In this document: positions 1 to 9,832 of the stretch, piece after piece
Layout: the number at the start of each line of letters is the position of its first letter
How positions within the stretch are numbered: position 1 is the first letter of the stretch
From: Candidatus Bathyarchaeia archaeon
Lineage (GTDB): Archaea; Thermoproteota; Bathyarchaeia; Bathyarchaeales; Bathycorpusculaceae
NCBI GenBank assembly: GCA_038848525.1
Contig: JAWCNN010000004.1
Span: forward strand, 11,595-75,594
Length of the DNA: 64,000 nt
Direction: 5' to 3'
The notes under the pieces: generated by a model
Databases searched by the model: none
What the model was told of the DNA's origin: nothing
The model's input: only the letters and a program-made list of their open reading frames with translations
Translations under genes and position numbers: made by a program

Positions 1-169
1 AACCTTTTTCATGAAAGTTCCCTCTAAGATAGAATTTCGTGAAAGTTATTAAACTTTTCTTATGTCACAACAATATGACATATAAAATAATTCCATGTCT
101 AATGCTAGATCCGTTGTTATATAAGTATCCAGTTAATTTTAAATCCAAAACGTAATACTTTCGTTCACC

Positions 170-481
170 ATGGAAGATAAAATAGCAAAAACTATTTTGG
201 CGAGGCTTTACGCTAACAGAATAATAGGTGCCAAACACACGGCTTTTGAAAATTTGCAGAAAGGTTTTCCTAAACATTTAAGAGGAGAAGCTCAAAAAGT
301 GGCAAAGGAGCTGATAAAGAAGGGATTTGTGACGCTTAAGCCTACAAGTTATGGTCTGCAAGTCAGCTTAAACCTATATAAAATGGCTGAAATAGAGGAA
401 AATAATAAAAGACCCGTGATACTTGCTCATTTAACCTTAAAGTTTTACTATTTGGGCATGCGGCACGCCTTCTATGTTTAG
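170..481 (+). CDS. small hypothetical protein, possibly winged-helix-like
   Basis: 103-aa ORF with a basic helical pattern (KELIKKGFVTLKPTSYGLQVSLN). The 3' end overlaps the convergent DUF424 gene, so the true end is uncertain. Confidence 0.35.
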   Translation: MEDKIAKTILARLYANRIIGAKHTAFENLQKGFPKHLRGEAQKVAKELIKKGFVTLKPTSYGLQVSLNLYKMAEIEENNKRPVILAHLTLKFYYLGMRHAFYV

Positions 482-733
482 TATTGCTTCTGGGTGAACG
501 TAGCCTTTTTCCATGGCTTTATTAACAATGTTTTTGCCTATCATGTTCACTATTGTTGAGTTTTCTATCATGGCTATGGCTTCTTCAACGCTTACTAGCG
601 CTCCCTTGTAAAATTCTTCTTTTACGTGGAAGGTTATTTTGCCTTCACGTAGAGTTTTGCCGAGGATTTCAGCGTCGCATATGGCTAACAACGTGTTGTT
701 GCCGATTTTTCTGATGTTGATGTAAACTTCCAA
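437..733 (-). CDS. DUF424-family archaeal protein
   Basis: 98-aa ORF (MEVYINIRK...AICDAEILGK...). Its size and its position directly downstream of aIF2-beta match the usual archaeal DUF424 arrangement. Confidence 0.55.
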   Translation of the reverse strand: MEVYINIRKIGNNTLLAICDAEILGKTLREGKITFHVKEEFYKGALVSVEEAIAMIENSTIVNMIGKNIVNKAMEKGYVHPEAILNIEGVPHAQIVKL

Positions 734-746
734 TTTTAGCCTCTCA

Positions 747-1163
747 TTATAGTGGTTGTATGGAGGATTTTGCTCCGCAAGCCTCGCACACTAGGAAGGA
801 TAAGCGTTTTTCCCTTACAATGTTTGTGTCTGGGCGTTTACAAACTGGACAAACCACAAAGCTTTCCATGTACCGTTGAATAAGTCTTTCAAATGTTTCC
901 TGCGAAAATTTTCCCTTAAAAATTGCCCTTGACTCTTGCAGGGTAGCGGCTGTGGCTGTTTCACGTGTTAAAAATTTCAGTAAATGTTGGGGGTCACGCC
1001 CCAAAGCGTCGGCTATTTCCTTAAAATTGTAAATCATTGTGCGCATTCCAATAACTGAAAGGTTTATTTTTGGCAGTTGTAGGCGTTCCCGTTTTAAGGA
1101 AACCTGCGGTATTTGGGCGTAAGCCCTTTTCAACAATTCTTCGTAGTTGTGCGTCATTACCAT
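747..1163 (-). CDS. eif2b: translation initiation factor aIF-2 beta subunit
   Basis: 138 aa with a C-terminal CPVC...CEAC zinc ribbon and the conserved core RTMIYNFKEIADALGRDPQHLLKFL. Confidence 0.9.
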   Translation of the reverse strand: MVMTHNYEELLKRAYAQIPQVSLKRERLQLPKINLSVIGMRTMIYNFKEIADALGRDPQHLLKFLTRETATAATLQESRAIFKGKFSQETFERLIQRYMESFVVCPVCKRPDTNIVREKRLSFLVCEACGAKSSIQPL

Positions 1164-1308
1164 TGCCCCAAAAATAAATGGAAAATTAATCCTATTAAAT
1201 CTTGTTTCATAATTTAATTAAATTTTGGTTTGTTGGCTGTAATAGTGTGAAGTTTGAAATATTGGTTAAATTATGTGCGAAAATAGAGTGAAATTGGGAG
1301 AGAGGAGA

Positions 1309-2454
1309 ATGGCTAAAACGAAGTATCTCTACGTGATGATTTCAGTTTGCATAGCATTAATTCTACAACTAGTTTCTGCAGCGTTTGCGTGCACCTCGAC
1401 AACGGCTAAATTGGATGTTGAAGTGGATGTTGGCTCGATACATTTTAGAGGGGAAACCGCTGAATTCTACGTGTTGGTATCTTATTTGGGCAAATCTGTG
1501 GATGCAGAAATCAACGCCATGTTGTATTATAACGGAACTTTATTCGCAGATCTCAGCGCTTCCGTGCAACATGTTGCTTCAGGATTATATTTGATATACT
1601 ATGCAATACCCATGGAAGCGTATGAAGGCACATATGCATTGGTAGTGAATGCAAGCAAATGTGCGCTTAATGGTGTAGCCCTCAAAAGTTTCTTATTAAG
1701 TCAGACGTTGACGAAATGGAACGCTTGGATGGTTGGCATAGATGGGAAACTGGCGACAATAGAAACAGACATTGGAACAATCAAGATATCTCTGGAAGAC
1801 ATTAATGCAAGTTTGGTTGAAATAGATGGAAGAACAGCAATCATCCAAACCGGCTTGGGAATAATCCAAACCGATGTGAACAACATTGGACTGAGGTTAA
1901 CCAACATCGAAGGAAACTTGACAATCCTATGCTCAGCTTTCGGCGTCCTTAATGGAACAATAATTTCAATTCAGAAAGACATGGCAACAATCAAAACGGA
2001 CATCGGCATCATAAAGGCAGACATAAGCGACATAAACGCAACTTTGCAAGGTATCAACGCCACGTTAATAACAATTCAAACAAGCATAGGCAAAATGCAA
2101 GTCAATCTAAATCAGATTAACGCCACATTAACAGCGTTGAACGGAACAGTTGCAATCATAAAAACTGATATTGGTATTATAAAAGCAAGCATTAGAGATA
2201 TTGGGCTAAATGTTACAAGCATTGAAGGTGACATAGCCCAAATCAACACGACGTTAGGCGGTATTCAGGGAACGTTAATTTCCATTCAAGGCGATATTGC
2301 CGAAATCAAAACAGACTTGGGCAATATCACAGTGTCTTTGCCTCCAACACGAACCGCCGCATTGTTTGGCATACCAATTGCAGCGACACTCGCAGGCATT
2401 GCAGCTTCAGCCTCAATTATATCAGCAGTTGTGCTTCTGAAAAAACGCAAATAA
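1309..2454 (+). CDS. secreted, membrane-anchored coiled-coil stalk protein rich in N-glycosylation sequons
   Basis: Start moved to MAKTKY, which follows a GAGAGGAG SD. It has a signal-like N-terminus and a beta-rich head. About 230 aa of Ile/Leu 3-4 spaced repeats follow (TDIGIIKADISDINATL and similar), then a C-terminal TM helix with a KKRK tail. Confidence 0.6.
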   Translation: MAKTKYLYVMISVCIALILQLVSAAFACTSTTAKLDVEVDVGSIHFRGETAEFYVLVSYLGKSVDAEINAMLYYNGTLFADLSASVQHVASGLYLIYYAIPMEAYEGTYALVVNASKCALNGVALKSFLLSQTLTKWNAWMVGIDGKLATIETDIGTIKISLEDINASLVEIDGRTAIIQTGLGIIQTDVNNIGLRLTNIEGNLTILCSAFGVLNGTIISIQKDMATIKTDIGIIKADISDINATLQGINATLITIQTSIGKMQVNLNQINATLTALNGTVAIIKTDIGIIKASIRDIGLNVTSIEGDIAQINTTLGGIQGTLISIQGDIAEIKTDLGNITVSLPPTRTAALFGIPIAATLAGIAASASIISAVVLLKKRK

Positions 2455-2508
2455 CCACCTTTTTTATAAAGCCAATACCTATAAAACATTGGGCGTAGAG
2501 GAAACAGT

Positions 2509-3021
2509 ATGGGTTATATTTATCTTTACACTGGAACAGGCGCGGGAAAAACTGCTAACGCTTTGGGTTTGGCTCTTCGTTCTGTTGGGCATAAACGTAA
2601 AGTGGTTATAATCCAGTTTTTGAAGTGGTGGAAAAACACTGGCGAATACAAAATTAGGCGAGTGCTTGCGCCTTATTATGAGATTTACCAGTTTGGACGT
2701 AAGGGATGGCATGGACTAAGCAATTTGGGCGAAGAAGACAAAAAACTAGCGCATAAAGCCCTAAAATTCGCTGAAAAAATTGTTAGGGAGAAAAAGCCGC
2801 ATTTGCTTGTTTTGGACGAGGTTAATTTGGCTTTGCACTGCAAACTTTTAGATGTAAAAGAAGTTTTGGATTTTCTAAACAAAATTCCGAAAAGAACAGA
2901 TGTGGTTTTGACTGGAAGGTACGCTCCAAAAGAGCTTATTGACCGAGCGGAATTCGTAAACGAAATAATAGACGTTAAGCATATAGAAGAAACCGTCACA
3001 ACAAAAGGAATACAATACTAA
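2509..3021 (+). CDS. cobO: ATP:cob(I)alamin adenosyltransferase (CobA/CobO/BtuR type)
   Basis: P-loop YTGTGAGKT, plus QFLK and LLVLDEVN...VLTGR...VKH motifs typical of the family. Confidence 0.8.
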   Translation: MGYIYLYTGTGAGKTANALGLALRSVGHKRKVVIIQFLKWWKNTGEYKIRRVLAPYYEIYQFGRKGWHGLSNLGEEDKKLAHKALKFAEKIVREKKPHLLVLDEVNLALHCKLLDVKEVLDFLNKIPKRTDVVLTGRYAPKELIDRAEFVNEIIDVKHIEETVTTKGIQY

Positions 3022-3063
3022 TGGTTTATATGACGCTTTTGCCTATTTTTCACTGAAAAACGG

Positions 3064-3363
3064 ATGTGTAAAGGATTGACGGAATTAGAGGATAAAGTGC
3101 GTGAGGCTGTCGGCAAAGTGGTTGACCCAGAAACGGGCTTAAGCTTCGCTGAAATGCAAATGATTAAGTCCGTTAAAGAGGAGACATCAGGCGTTGTTAA
3201 AATTGAGTTTATTCCTTCAAGCCCCATTTGTCCAATAGCGTTTAAGCTTGCAAGGGACGTTAAAGACGCCGTCTTAAAAGTTGCTGGTGTTAAGAAAGCA
3301 TTGGTTTATTGTCGTGGACATGTGATGGAACAGCAAATTAACGAAATGGTGAATAAAGAATAG
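3064..3363 (+). CDS. DUF59/MIP18-family Fe-S assembly-related protein
   Basis: 99 aa with VVDPETGLSFAEMQMIK and a conserved SPICP motif. Confidence 0.7.
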   Translation: MCKGLTELEDKVREAVGKVVDPETGLSFAEMQMIKSVKEETSGVVKIEFIPSSPICPIAFKLARDVKDAVLKVAGVKKALVYCRGHVMEQQINEMVNKE

Positions 3364-3464
3364 CGATTGCTTCGAAAACTCTGTGTTTCAGCTTGGCATC
3401 ACGGCGCAAAAAAGTTATATTGTTACTGTTGGAAGGTTAGGTTATTGCGAGGAGAAAACGCTGA

Positions 3465-5090
3465 ATGGTTAAGTATGCTTTTGTTACTGGCGGAGTGTTA
3501 AGCTCTGTTGGTAAAGGAATTGTAACATCCTCTATTGGAAAGATGCTTCAAGCTAGAGGGTTAAAGGTTACCGCCATAAAAATTGACCCTTACGTGAATG
3601 TTGACGCTGGAACAATGAACCCCTACATGCACGGCGAAGTTTACGTGACGGACGACGGCGGCGAAACAGACCTCGACCTAGGCTGGTACGAGCGCTTTTT
3701 GGATTTAAACCTGCAAAAAGAAAACAATATCACCACTGGTCTAGTTTATAGGGCGGTTATTGAAAAGGAACGCAGAGGCGATTTTCTCGGCAGATGCGTA
3801 CAAATAGTGCCTCACGTCACAAACGAAATTAAAAGCCGAATACGCCACATTGCAAAAAGCTCCAACGTTGACGTAGCCCTAACGGAAGTTGGCGGAACAG
3901 TCGGCGACATTGAAGGCTTACCCTTTTTAGAGGCTATCCGCCAAATGCGCCTAGAAGAAGGCTTCGAAAACACTTTGTACGTGCATGTCGCCCTAGTACC
4001 AATTTTAGACGTTACAAAGGAGATGAAAACCAAACCGTTACAGCACAGCGTTAACGAGCTTAGGCGCATAGGCATCCAACCAGACATAATAGTTGCAAGG
4101 TGCCCAGAAATTATAGACTCAGAAGCCCTAAGAAAAATAGCCCTTTTCGGAACAATCCCAGAAAACGCTGTTTTCTGCTCCTACAACGTTGAAACAATCT
4201 ATCAAGTTCCGCTTATACTGGATGAGCAGGGAATGGGCGACTTCATATGCCGAAGACTCGGCTTTCCAGATAGAAAACCAGAATTTAAAGAATGGAAAAG
4301 TTTTGTTGACGCCGTACTTAACCCACAATACGAAGTGAAAATCGCTTTAGTCGGCAAATATGCGGGTTTAGCCGACAGCTATGTAAGCATGAACGAAGCT
4401 TTAAGGCATGGTGGAGCCGCCTGCAAAACCAAAGTTAAAATAGCGTATATAGAAGCTGAAGAATTCGAGGAAAACCCGCAAAAAATTGAAATCCTCAAAG
4501 GTTTTGACGGAGTTTTTGTGCCTTACGGCTTCGGTTCAAGAGGCACAGAAGGAAAAATTAGGGCTATACAATTCGCCAGAGAAAACAACATCCCCTTTTT
4601 AGGCATATGCTACGGCTTCCAACTCGCCGTAATCGAGTTTGCACGGAACGTCTGCGGCTTAAAAGAGGCAAACAGCACAGAAATAAACCCGAACACGCCC
4701 TATCCAGTAATAGACCTAATGCCAGAACAAAGAGGAATAGAAATTAAAGGGGCAACAATGCGCCTAGGCGCCCACAAAATAATAATAAAGCCAAACACAA
4801 CGGCTTATACACTTTATAAAAGCGAGGAAATTTACGAGCGCCACCGCCACAGATTCGAAGTTAACTTGGACTATTTGGAAAAACTCGAAAAAAATGGGCT
4901 GGTGTTTTCGGGAAAAAGCGCAGACAGCCAAAGAATGGAAATTTTAGAATTGCCAAACCACTATTTCTTTTTCGCCTCGCAGTTCCACGGCGAATTTAAA
5001 AGCCGCCCAGGAAAACCAGACCCAGAATACTACGGCTTCGTTAAGGCGTGTTTGGATAAAAAGTTGGGCAAAGCCAAACCAGAATTTTAA
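3465..5090 (+). CDS. pyrG: CTP synthase
   Basis: 541 aa. N-terminal synthetase motif [10 protein letters not shown] and a C-terminal GATase with GICYGFQ and HRHRFEVN. Confidence 0.97.
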   Translation: MVKYAFVTGGVLSSVGKGIVTSSIGKMLQARGLKVTAIKIDPYVNVDAGTMNPYMHGEVYVTDDGGETDLDLGWYERFLDLNLQKENNITTGLVYRAVIEKERRGDFLGRCVQIVPHVTNEIKSRIRHIAKSSNVDVALTEVGGTVGDIEGLPFLEAIRQMRLEEGFENTLYVHVALVPILDVTKEMKTKPLQHSVNELRRIGIQPDIIVARCPEIIDSEALRKIALFGTIPENAVFCSYNVETIYQVPLILDEQGMGDFICRRLGFPDRKPEFKEWKSFVDAVLNPQYEVKIALVGKYAGLADSYVSMNEALRHGGAACKTKVKIAYIEAEEFEENPQKIEILKGFDGVFVPYGFGSRGTEGKIRAIQFARENNIPFLGICYGFQLAVIEFARNVCGLKEANSTEINPNTPYPVIDLMPEQRGIEIKGATMRLGAHKIIIKPNTTAYTLYKSEEIYERHRHRFEVNLDYLEKLEKNGLVFSGKSADSQRMEILELPNHYFFFASQFHGEFKSRPGKPDPEYYGFVKACLDKKLGKAKPEF

Positions 5091-5134
5091 TAAAACACAA
5101 AAGTTCCGTTCTTATTTATCTCTTTCAGGTTCTG

Positions 5135-5728
5135 TTACTTCTCCGGTTGGCGATGTCTTTTAGGAGGTACCAAGTTTATTTCCTCATCAATAAAATCTTT
5201 AAGTTCTTCCTGTGTTATCTCGATAGGTTTTTTCCTTCTTAGAAAGAAGGGAAGCACTGAAGGGTTTCGTTTGCGTTCATCATACGAATGTATTTCATTA
5301 AATAAATATTCAAATTCGCAATATAGAGTGGGATCATTATCATTTCTCACCCAATAAACGTAATTCTTAAATGCTGTCCAATAACGCTGAATCCAATAGC
5401 AGTATGCCGACCATATTAATTCTTTTGGGATTGCTTTCTTTCTAAGCAAAAGACCCAAGTCCTCGAAAAAATCGAATACGTCTCTACATTCATCCATCTT
5501 TTCAAAATCATTGGGGTTGTTCTTGAGAATTTCCATTATTTTGCGTCTTTTTTTCAACATATTCTCTGAGCAGAAGTTTGTTTCCAGTTTCAAAAGAAAA
5601 TCGGCACTTGCTATTATATCTGCTCTTTTAATTTGCCGATAAGTGAGGGCTAACGCAGCTATAGCCCCGATTGACCCAATTGCTATCCAAAAAACATCAG
5701 AAGTTATAACACTAATGAAGTCCAACAT
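5135..5728 (-). CDS. hypothetical N-terminally membrane-anchored protein (DUF4760-like by eye)
   Basis: 197 aa with a single N-terminal TM helix followed by a helical domain. No catalytic motif recognised. Confidence 0.4.
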   Translation of the reverse strand: MLDFISVITSDVFWIAIGSIGAIAALALTYRQIKRADIIASADFLLKLETNFCSENMLKKRRKIMEILKNNPNDFEKMDECRDVFDFFEDLGLLLRKKAIPKELIWSAYCYWIQRYWTAFKNYVYWVRNDNDPTLYCEFEYLFNEIHSYDERKRNPSVLPFFLRRKKPIEITQEELKDFIDEEINLVPPKRHRQPEK

Positions 5729-5783
5729 TAATCACACCCTGATGATATAGAAGTGAACTTTTATGCTTTTAGATTTTTAAGCT

Positions 5784-6215
5784 TCAGTATTTGCGGTGGT
5801 GTGGTCTCGTAAGCTCTTCCAAAATTGAAAGCATAGTTGGCACTTTAGTTACAATGTCCGTGAAGGTTATTATGCCCACAAGCCTTTCATTATTCATCAC
5901 TGGAAGTTTCTTAACTCGTTTTTTCGCCATGAGTTTAGCCGCCTCCTCCACTGTGGCTGTTTCATTTATGGTTGTGACTGGGCTGGTCATGATTTGTCTT
6001 GCTGTTAGGGTTTCTGGTGCAAGGCATGGTTCAACCAGTCGCCGTAGGATGTCGCGTTCGGTTATTATGCCAACTGGTCTTTCGCCTTGCACGACTATCA
6101 TTGAGCCTATGTCGAACTTGTTCATTGTGGCAACCACTTCCTTAACTGTTGTGTCTGGACGGACAACCCGCACCTCTTTTGACATGACGTCTCTAACAAG
6201 GATTAAACCCGCCAT
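5784..6215 (-). CDS. CBS domain-pair protein
   Basis: Two CBS repeats (VRDVMSKEV...; ARQIMTSPV...). Start placed at the ATG of MAGLILVRDVM rather than the upstream TTG. Confidence 0.8.
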   Translation of the reverse strand: MAGLILVRDVMSKEVRVVRPDTTVKEVVATMNKFDIGSMIVVQGERPVGIITERDILRRLVEPCLAPETLTARQIMTSPVTTINETATVEEAAKLMAKKRVKKLPVMNNERLVGIITFTDIVTKVPTMLSILEELTRPHHRKY

Positions 6216-6365
6216 TCGCTTTTGCCTCCGAAATTGTTTCAAACGTTCTCTGTGGTGTTCTTTATCTTTTTGGTTTTTAAAGATTTAAGCTTCACATTTC
6301 ACGGTTCTGGTAACTCTTCGGGAGATAAATCACTGATTCATATTTCAGATTAATAAAAATTAAAA

Positions 6366-6731
6366 GTGGAAGCCAAAGATTTGGTATGTAGAGGGACATT
6401 GTTGGAGAAAGACATGCTTCAAAATGTGAAGCGAGAAATAGCTCAGATACGTCAGAAACAAAAAATATCACTTATTGGGACTCTTGCGGGATTCATAGGA
6501 ATCTTTCTAGCTTTCACATTGGGTATTCTATTTTCAAACCCCACAATTTTGATGTTTGCCTATGTTGGACTTTTTATATTCCTTGCGAGCGGATGCATTT
6601 GGATTTACTTTTCAGACCGAAAAAATAAGACAATAAAAGAGTTTAAGACTTACCTCGCAATGAAAGAGCTAAAGGCACGTTCAAGTGAACAAGAAGATTG
6701 GGAATTAATACAAGAATTGCTTTCTAGTTAG
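6366..6731 (+). CDS. hypothetical small membrane protein (two TM helices)
   Basis: 121-aa ORF with two hydrophobic helices. No recognisable family. Confidence 0.35.
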   Translation: MEAKDLVCRGTLLEKDMLQNVKREIAQIRQKQKISLIGTLAGFIGIFLAFTLGILFSNPTILMFAYVGLFIFLASGCIWIYFSDRKNKTIKEFKTYLAMKELKARSSEQEDWELIQELLSS

Positions 6732-7066
6732 AAATTCACAATCCACTCATCCAGCGCAAAATCTATGTCATGTTTGATGTTTTTAATAGAGCGAATCAGC
6801 TTTAAGTCATTTTGTCTTTGCTCTTCCAACGCAAGTCTTTCTTATTCACATAATCCCACTTCAATAACTATAGAGGGAACGGCTTTAAGGAAAAGTAAGC
6901 CGATTTTTGCCCAAAGTTCAGAGTCATCATTATTCATGGTTTAACCACAAATCATTGTCTATACATCTCCTTTATAAGGTTTGATTATCTCCCGAAAGCT
7001 ACATGACAAAACATTTAACGCCAATTTCCCCAAGAGTTACTAGAACCCATTTCACATATAAAAGGA

Positions 7067-7573
7067 TTGTTAGGAAGGCTGTTGATGAGTGAGGATTACC
7101 GCATCCGTTTAGAGAACGCTAAAAGTTACGGTGAAATCTGGGAAATCGTTAAGGACAGCGCTGCATTTGTTTTGCAGAGACGGAGAAGCGGAATGATGCT
7201 TTTTCTGGATGATTTGCCTCTTCAACTTGGCGCTTACCACCCACTTGGAACAAACAACATCGTTCTAAACAGACGCCTAATCCAAATAGTGGAAGCCACC
7301 ATTAAAGCCAAAAATGTCATTAATGCGTTAATCTACAATTTGCTTTTACATGAGTATTTGCATTCTCTAGGCGAGTTTTCAGAGTTTAACGTTAGACTGT
7401 TGGTTTATGAAATTGCAAAGAAATGTTTCGGCGAAAATCATATCGTCACTCTAATTGCAAAGAGAAGCCCATGGGCTTTGCTGAGGGGAATCCCATTAAG
7501 AGGCGTTGACGCTCCAAAACAGGTCATAGAAATCGTTAAAGATTTTGAAAAAGCAGACAAATACATAGTTTAA
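7067..7573 (+). CDS. hypothetical protein with an HExxH motif (possible small metallopeptidase-like)
   Basis: 168 aa containing LLLHEYLHSLG. The start could instead be the ATG at 7085. Confidence 0.4.
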   Translation: MLGRLLMSEDYRIRLENAKSYGEIWEIVKDSAAFVLQRRRSGMMLFLDDLPLQLGAYHPLGTNNIVLNRRLIQIVEATIKAKNVINALIYNLLLHEYLHSLGEFSEFNVRLLVYEIAKKCFGENHIVTLIAKRSPWALLRGIPLRGVDAPKQVIEIVKDFEKADKYIV

Positions 7574-7578
7574 CGCAA

Positions 7579-8145
7579 TTACAGCCCAATCTGCGAGGCT
7601 ATTTCCTTCAATCCATTCAACGCAATCTCAAAAAACTTTTCCCTCGGAATTCCCATTTCTTCGCAGACAAGTATCCTTTCTCTTTCTGCTCCTCTTGCAA
7701 AGTCTTTATCCTTAAACTTTTTGGCTACAGTTTCAACCTTAACATCAGCCAATTTCTTTGAAGGCATAACTAGGGCGCATGCCACGAGCAAACCTGAAAT
7801 GGCATCAGAGGCGATTAAAGCCTTTTCCATGCATGTTTCTGACGTAATGCCCAAATATTGGAAGTTATGGGTTTTTATGGCTTTTATAAGCTCTTCTGGC
7901 ACAAGCCCCTTTAAGATTTCTTCAGCCAACAAGCCGTGTTTTTCCGGAGTTGCCTCGGTCCTTTCATAATCAATGTCGTGTAACAAGCCTGTTAAACCCC
8001 ACTTTTCCTCGTCTTCCCCGAAATGTTTTGCCACGCTTCGCATTATGGCTTCAACTGCAAGCATGTGATAGAGAATATTCCTTTTCGACACATTCCTCTT
8101 AACTAGGCTAAGCGCTTCATCCCTTGTTAACACAAGCCCCACCAT
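7579..8145 (-). CDS. HD-domain phosphohydrolase
   Basis: 188 aa with the H...HD signature (LLHDIDYE) and a further conserved His (KTHN). Confidence 0.75.
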   Translation of the reverse strand: MVGLVLTRDEALSLVKRNVSKRNILYHMLAVEAIMRSVAKHFGEDEEKWGLTGLLHDIDYERTEATPEKHGLLAEEILKGLVPEELIKAIKTHNFQYLGITSETCMEKALIASDAISGLLVACALVMPSKKLADVKVETVAKKFKDKDFARGAERERILVCEEMGIPREKFFEIALNGLKEIASQIGL

Positions 8146-8240
8146 TAAACCATTTTAGATTTAAAATGTTCCTTTTACGTTTTCTCTATAAGAGGCTTTT
8201 AGGCTGAAAATGGGTAAAATATAAATGTGCTTCGAACGTT

Positions 8241-9326
8241 TTGCTCATGTTTAGTGTAGGGCTGTTAATGGTTTCAATGAAACTTAAATTCTCATGGAAA
8301 ACCATCTTTTTGCTAGCGCTGGGTATTGCGGCTTTCTTAATATACCTCTACATTTTCAATGTGGATATACCAACAATAATTGCAAAAATCCAACGCATCG
8401 ACCTTTCCATTTACCTTTTGGCGGCGATTTTCGTTGTTTTAGACGCTTTTTTCTTTGCCCTTTCATGGCGTTTCCTGCTCAATTTTCTTTCCATAAAACT
8501 TTCTGTTATGAAATCCTTTCTTTACGTTTGGTACGGAATGTTTGTAGACATAGCCATCCCAGCAGAATCCATAAGCGCAGACATTTCAAAGGTTTATTTG
8601 GTTGAACGGGAACAAGCGGGAACAAGCGGGAAAGTTTTCGCTTCTTTAATTGCTCAAAGACTAATGGGAATGGGAATAAACGTTGCAAGCCTACTCATCG
8701 GCATAAGCCTTCTATTAATGGAAACACCAGTCAGCGGACTCGTCCTAAACCTAACATTATTTTTAGTTATTGTGGTGACATTTCTCCTTGTATTGCTGAT
8801 CCTTCTATGTCTAAAGGAAAAATGGACCATGAAAATTATTGATGCTATAATAAAGTTTTTAGGCTATGTCAGTCGTGGACGCTGGAAACTTACAAAAATT
8901 AGAGGAGAAATTGGCAATGCAGCGAAAATGTTTCACGGTTCAATGAAGGAGTTTGGTCATGCTCCAAAAACGGTTTTAACATCATTGTTTTTTAATGTTT
9001 TAGGGTGGCTTCTAAACATAGGAATTGCCTACCTTGTGTTTTTGTCTATGGGATTCACGGTTTCATGGAGCATAATAATACTGGCGCATGCAATAATTTC
9101 GGCTATTCGTGGCGTTCCGTTGGGCGTTCCATTTGAAACGGGGCTTCCAGAAATAACCATGACAACAATTTATGTCGTGTCAGGCATCCGCTCAGACATA
9201 AGCGCCACAGCAACAATCCTCACGAGGATTTTAACTGTTTGGCTTAGATTTTTCATAGGATTTGCAGTGCAACAAGCACTTGAAATTAAAACAATAGCCA
9301 AAAACAATAAAGCTGATAAACTCTAA
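8241..9326 (+). CDS. flippase-like / lysylphosphatidylglycerol-synthase TM-region family membrane protein (UPF0104)
   Basis: 361 aa polytopic protein. Its pattern of TM helices and the ISADISKVYL...AQRLMG segment resemble the family. Confidence 0.6.
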   Translation: MLMFSVGLLMVSMKLKFSWKTIFLLALGIAAFLIYLYIFNVDIPTIIAKIQRIDLSIYLLAAIFVVLDAFFFALSWRFLLNFLSIKLSVMKSFLYVWYGMFVDIAIPAESISADISKVYLVEREQAGTSGKVFASLIAQRLMGMGINVASLLIGISLLLMETPVSGLVLNLTLFLVIVVTFLLVLLILLCLKEKWTMKIIDAIIKFLGYVSRGRWKLTKIRGEIGNAAKMFHGSMKEFGHAPKTVLTSLFFNVLGWLLNIGIAYLVFLSMGFTVSWSIIILAHAIISAIRGVPLGVPFETGLPEITMTTIYVVSGIRSDISATATILTRILTVWLRFFIGFAVQQALEIKTIAKNNKADKL

Positions 9327-9338
9327 AAGATATTTTAA

Positions 9339-9791
9339 ATGTCGCTGGTAATTGAAGACGCCTCAATACAACAGTTGGATAGGCTTTATGAAATTGAAAT
9401 GGAGTGCTTCAAAGAGGAGGCGTTCAAAAAACAGCAAATCGCCAGCTTACTAACAAATTACAATTCCATAAGCCTAGTTGCAAAGATGAACGGCGAAATA
9501 GTTGGCTTCATTATAGGCGTAATATATTTTGAAAGAAACTCCTTGGTTGGGCACATCCTCACAATAGACGTTTCACCCAAACACCGCAGAAAAGGAGTTG
9601 CACAAAGCCTTCTACAAGAAATCGAAAAAATCTTCATGGAGAAAGGCGTTAAATCATGCCATTTAGAAGTGCGAGAAGACAACATCGCCGCTTTAAGGCT
9701 TTATCAAAAACTCGGCTACAAAAAGGTTGCAAAGATTAAAGGTTATTATGGAAACGCCCATGGAATATACCTTAAAAAAGATTTAACCTAA
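9339..9791 (+). CDS. rimI: GNAT N-acetyltransferase, RimI/Ard1-like
   Basis: 150 aa with the acetyl-CoA motif HRRKGVAQSLL and the tail LRLYQKLGYK. Confidence 0.8.
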   Translation: MSLVIEDASIQQLDRLYEIEMECFKEEAFKKQQIASLLTNYNSISLVAKMNGEIVGFIIGVIYFERNSLVGHILTIDVSPKHRRKGVAQSLLQEIEKIFMEKGVKSCHLEVREDNIAALRLYQKLGYKKVAKIKGYYGNAHGIYLKKDLT

Positions 9792-9832
9792 CCTTAATTT
9801 TTATAAAAATAAAAAGGGAAAATGAATAGAGT

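Noticed and set aside
5757-6310. Similar ~40-nt AT-rich segments on both flanks of the CBS gene: ...TTATGCTTTTAGATTTTTAAGCTTCAGTATTTGCGGT... and ...TTATCTTTTTGGTTTTTAAAGATTTAAGCTTCACATTTCACGGT...
   Set aside because: Identity is only roughly two-thirds and needs gaps, in low-complexity AT-rich sequence. That is insufficient to call flanking direct repeats or a mobile cassette.
6728-6937. Minus-strand small ORF MNNDDSELWAKIGLLFLKAVPSIVIEVGLCE-(TAA)-ERLALEEQRQNDLKLIRSIKNIKHDIDFALDEWIVNF, that is, 69 codons interrupted by one in-frame stop
   Set aside because: It is too short and I recognise no family for it. It could be a nonsense-disrupted small gene, but nothing beyond frame continuity supports that.
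8607-8633. 10-bp unit CGGGAACAAG repeated about 2.5 times inside the flippase-like gene, a possible frameshifting duplication
   Set aside because: The present sequence keeps a continuous, family-consistent reading frame on both sides (ISKVYLVEREQAGTSGKVFASLIAQRL). Removing one unit would create a premature stop, so it is not a disruption.
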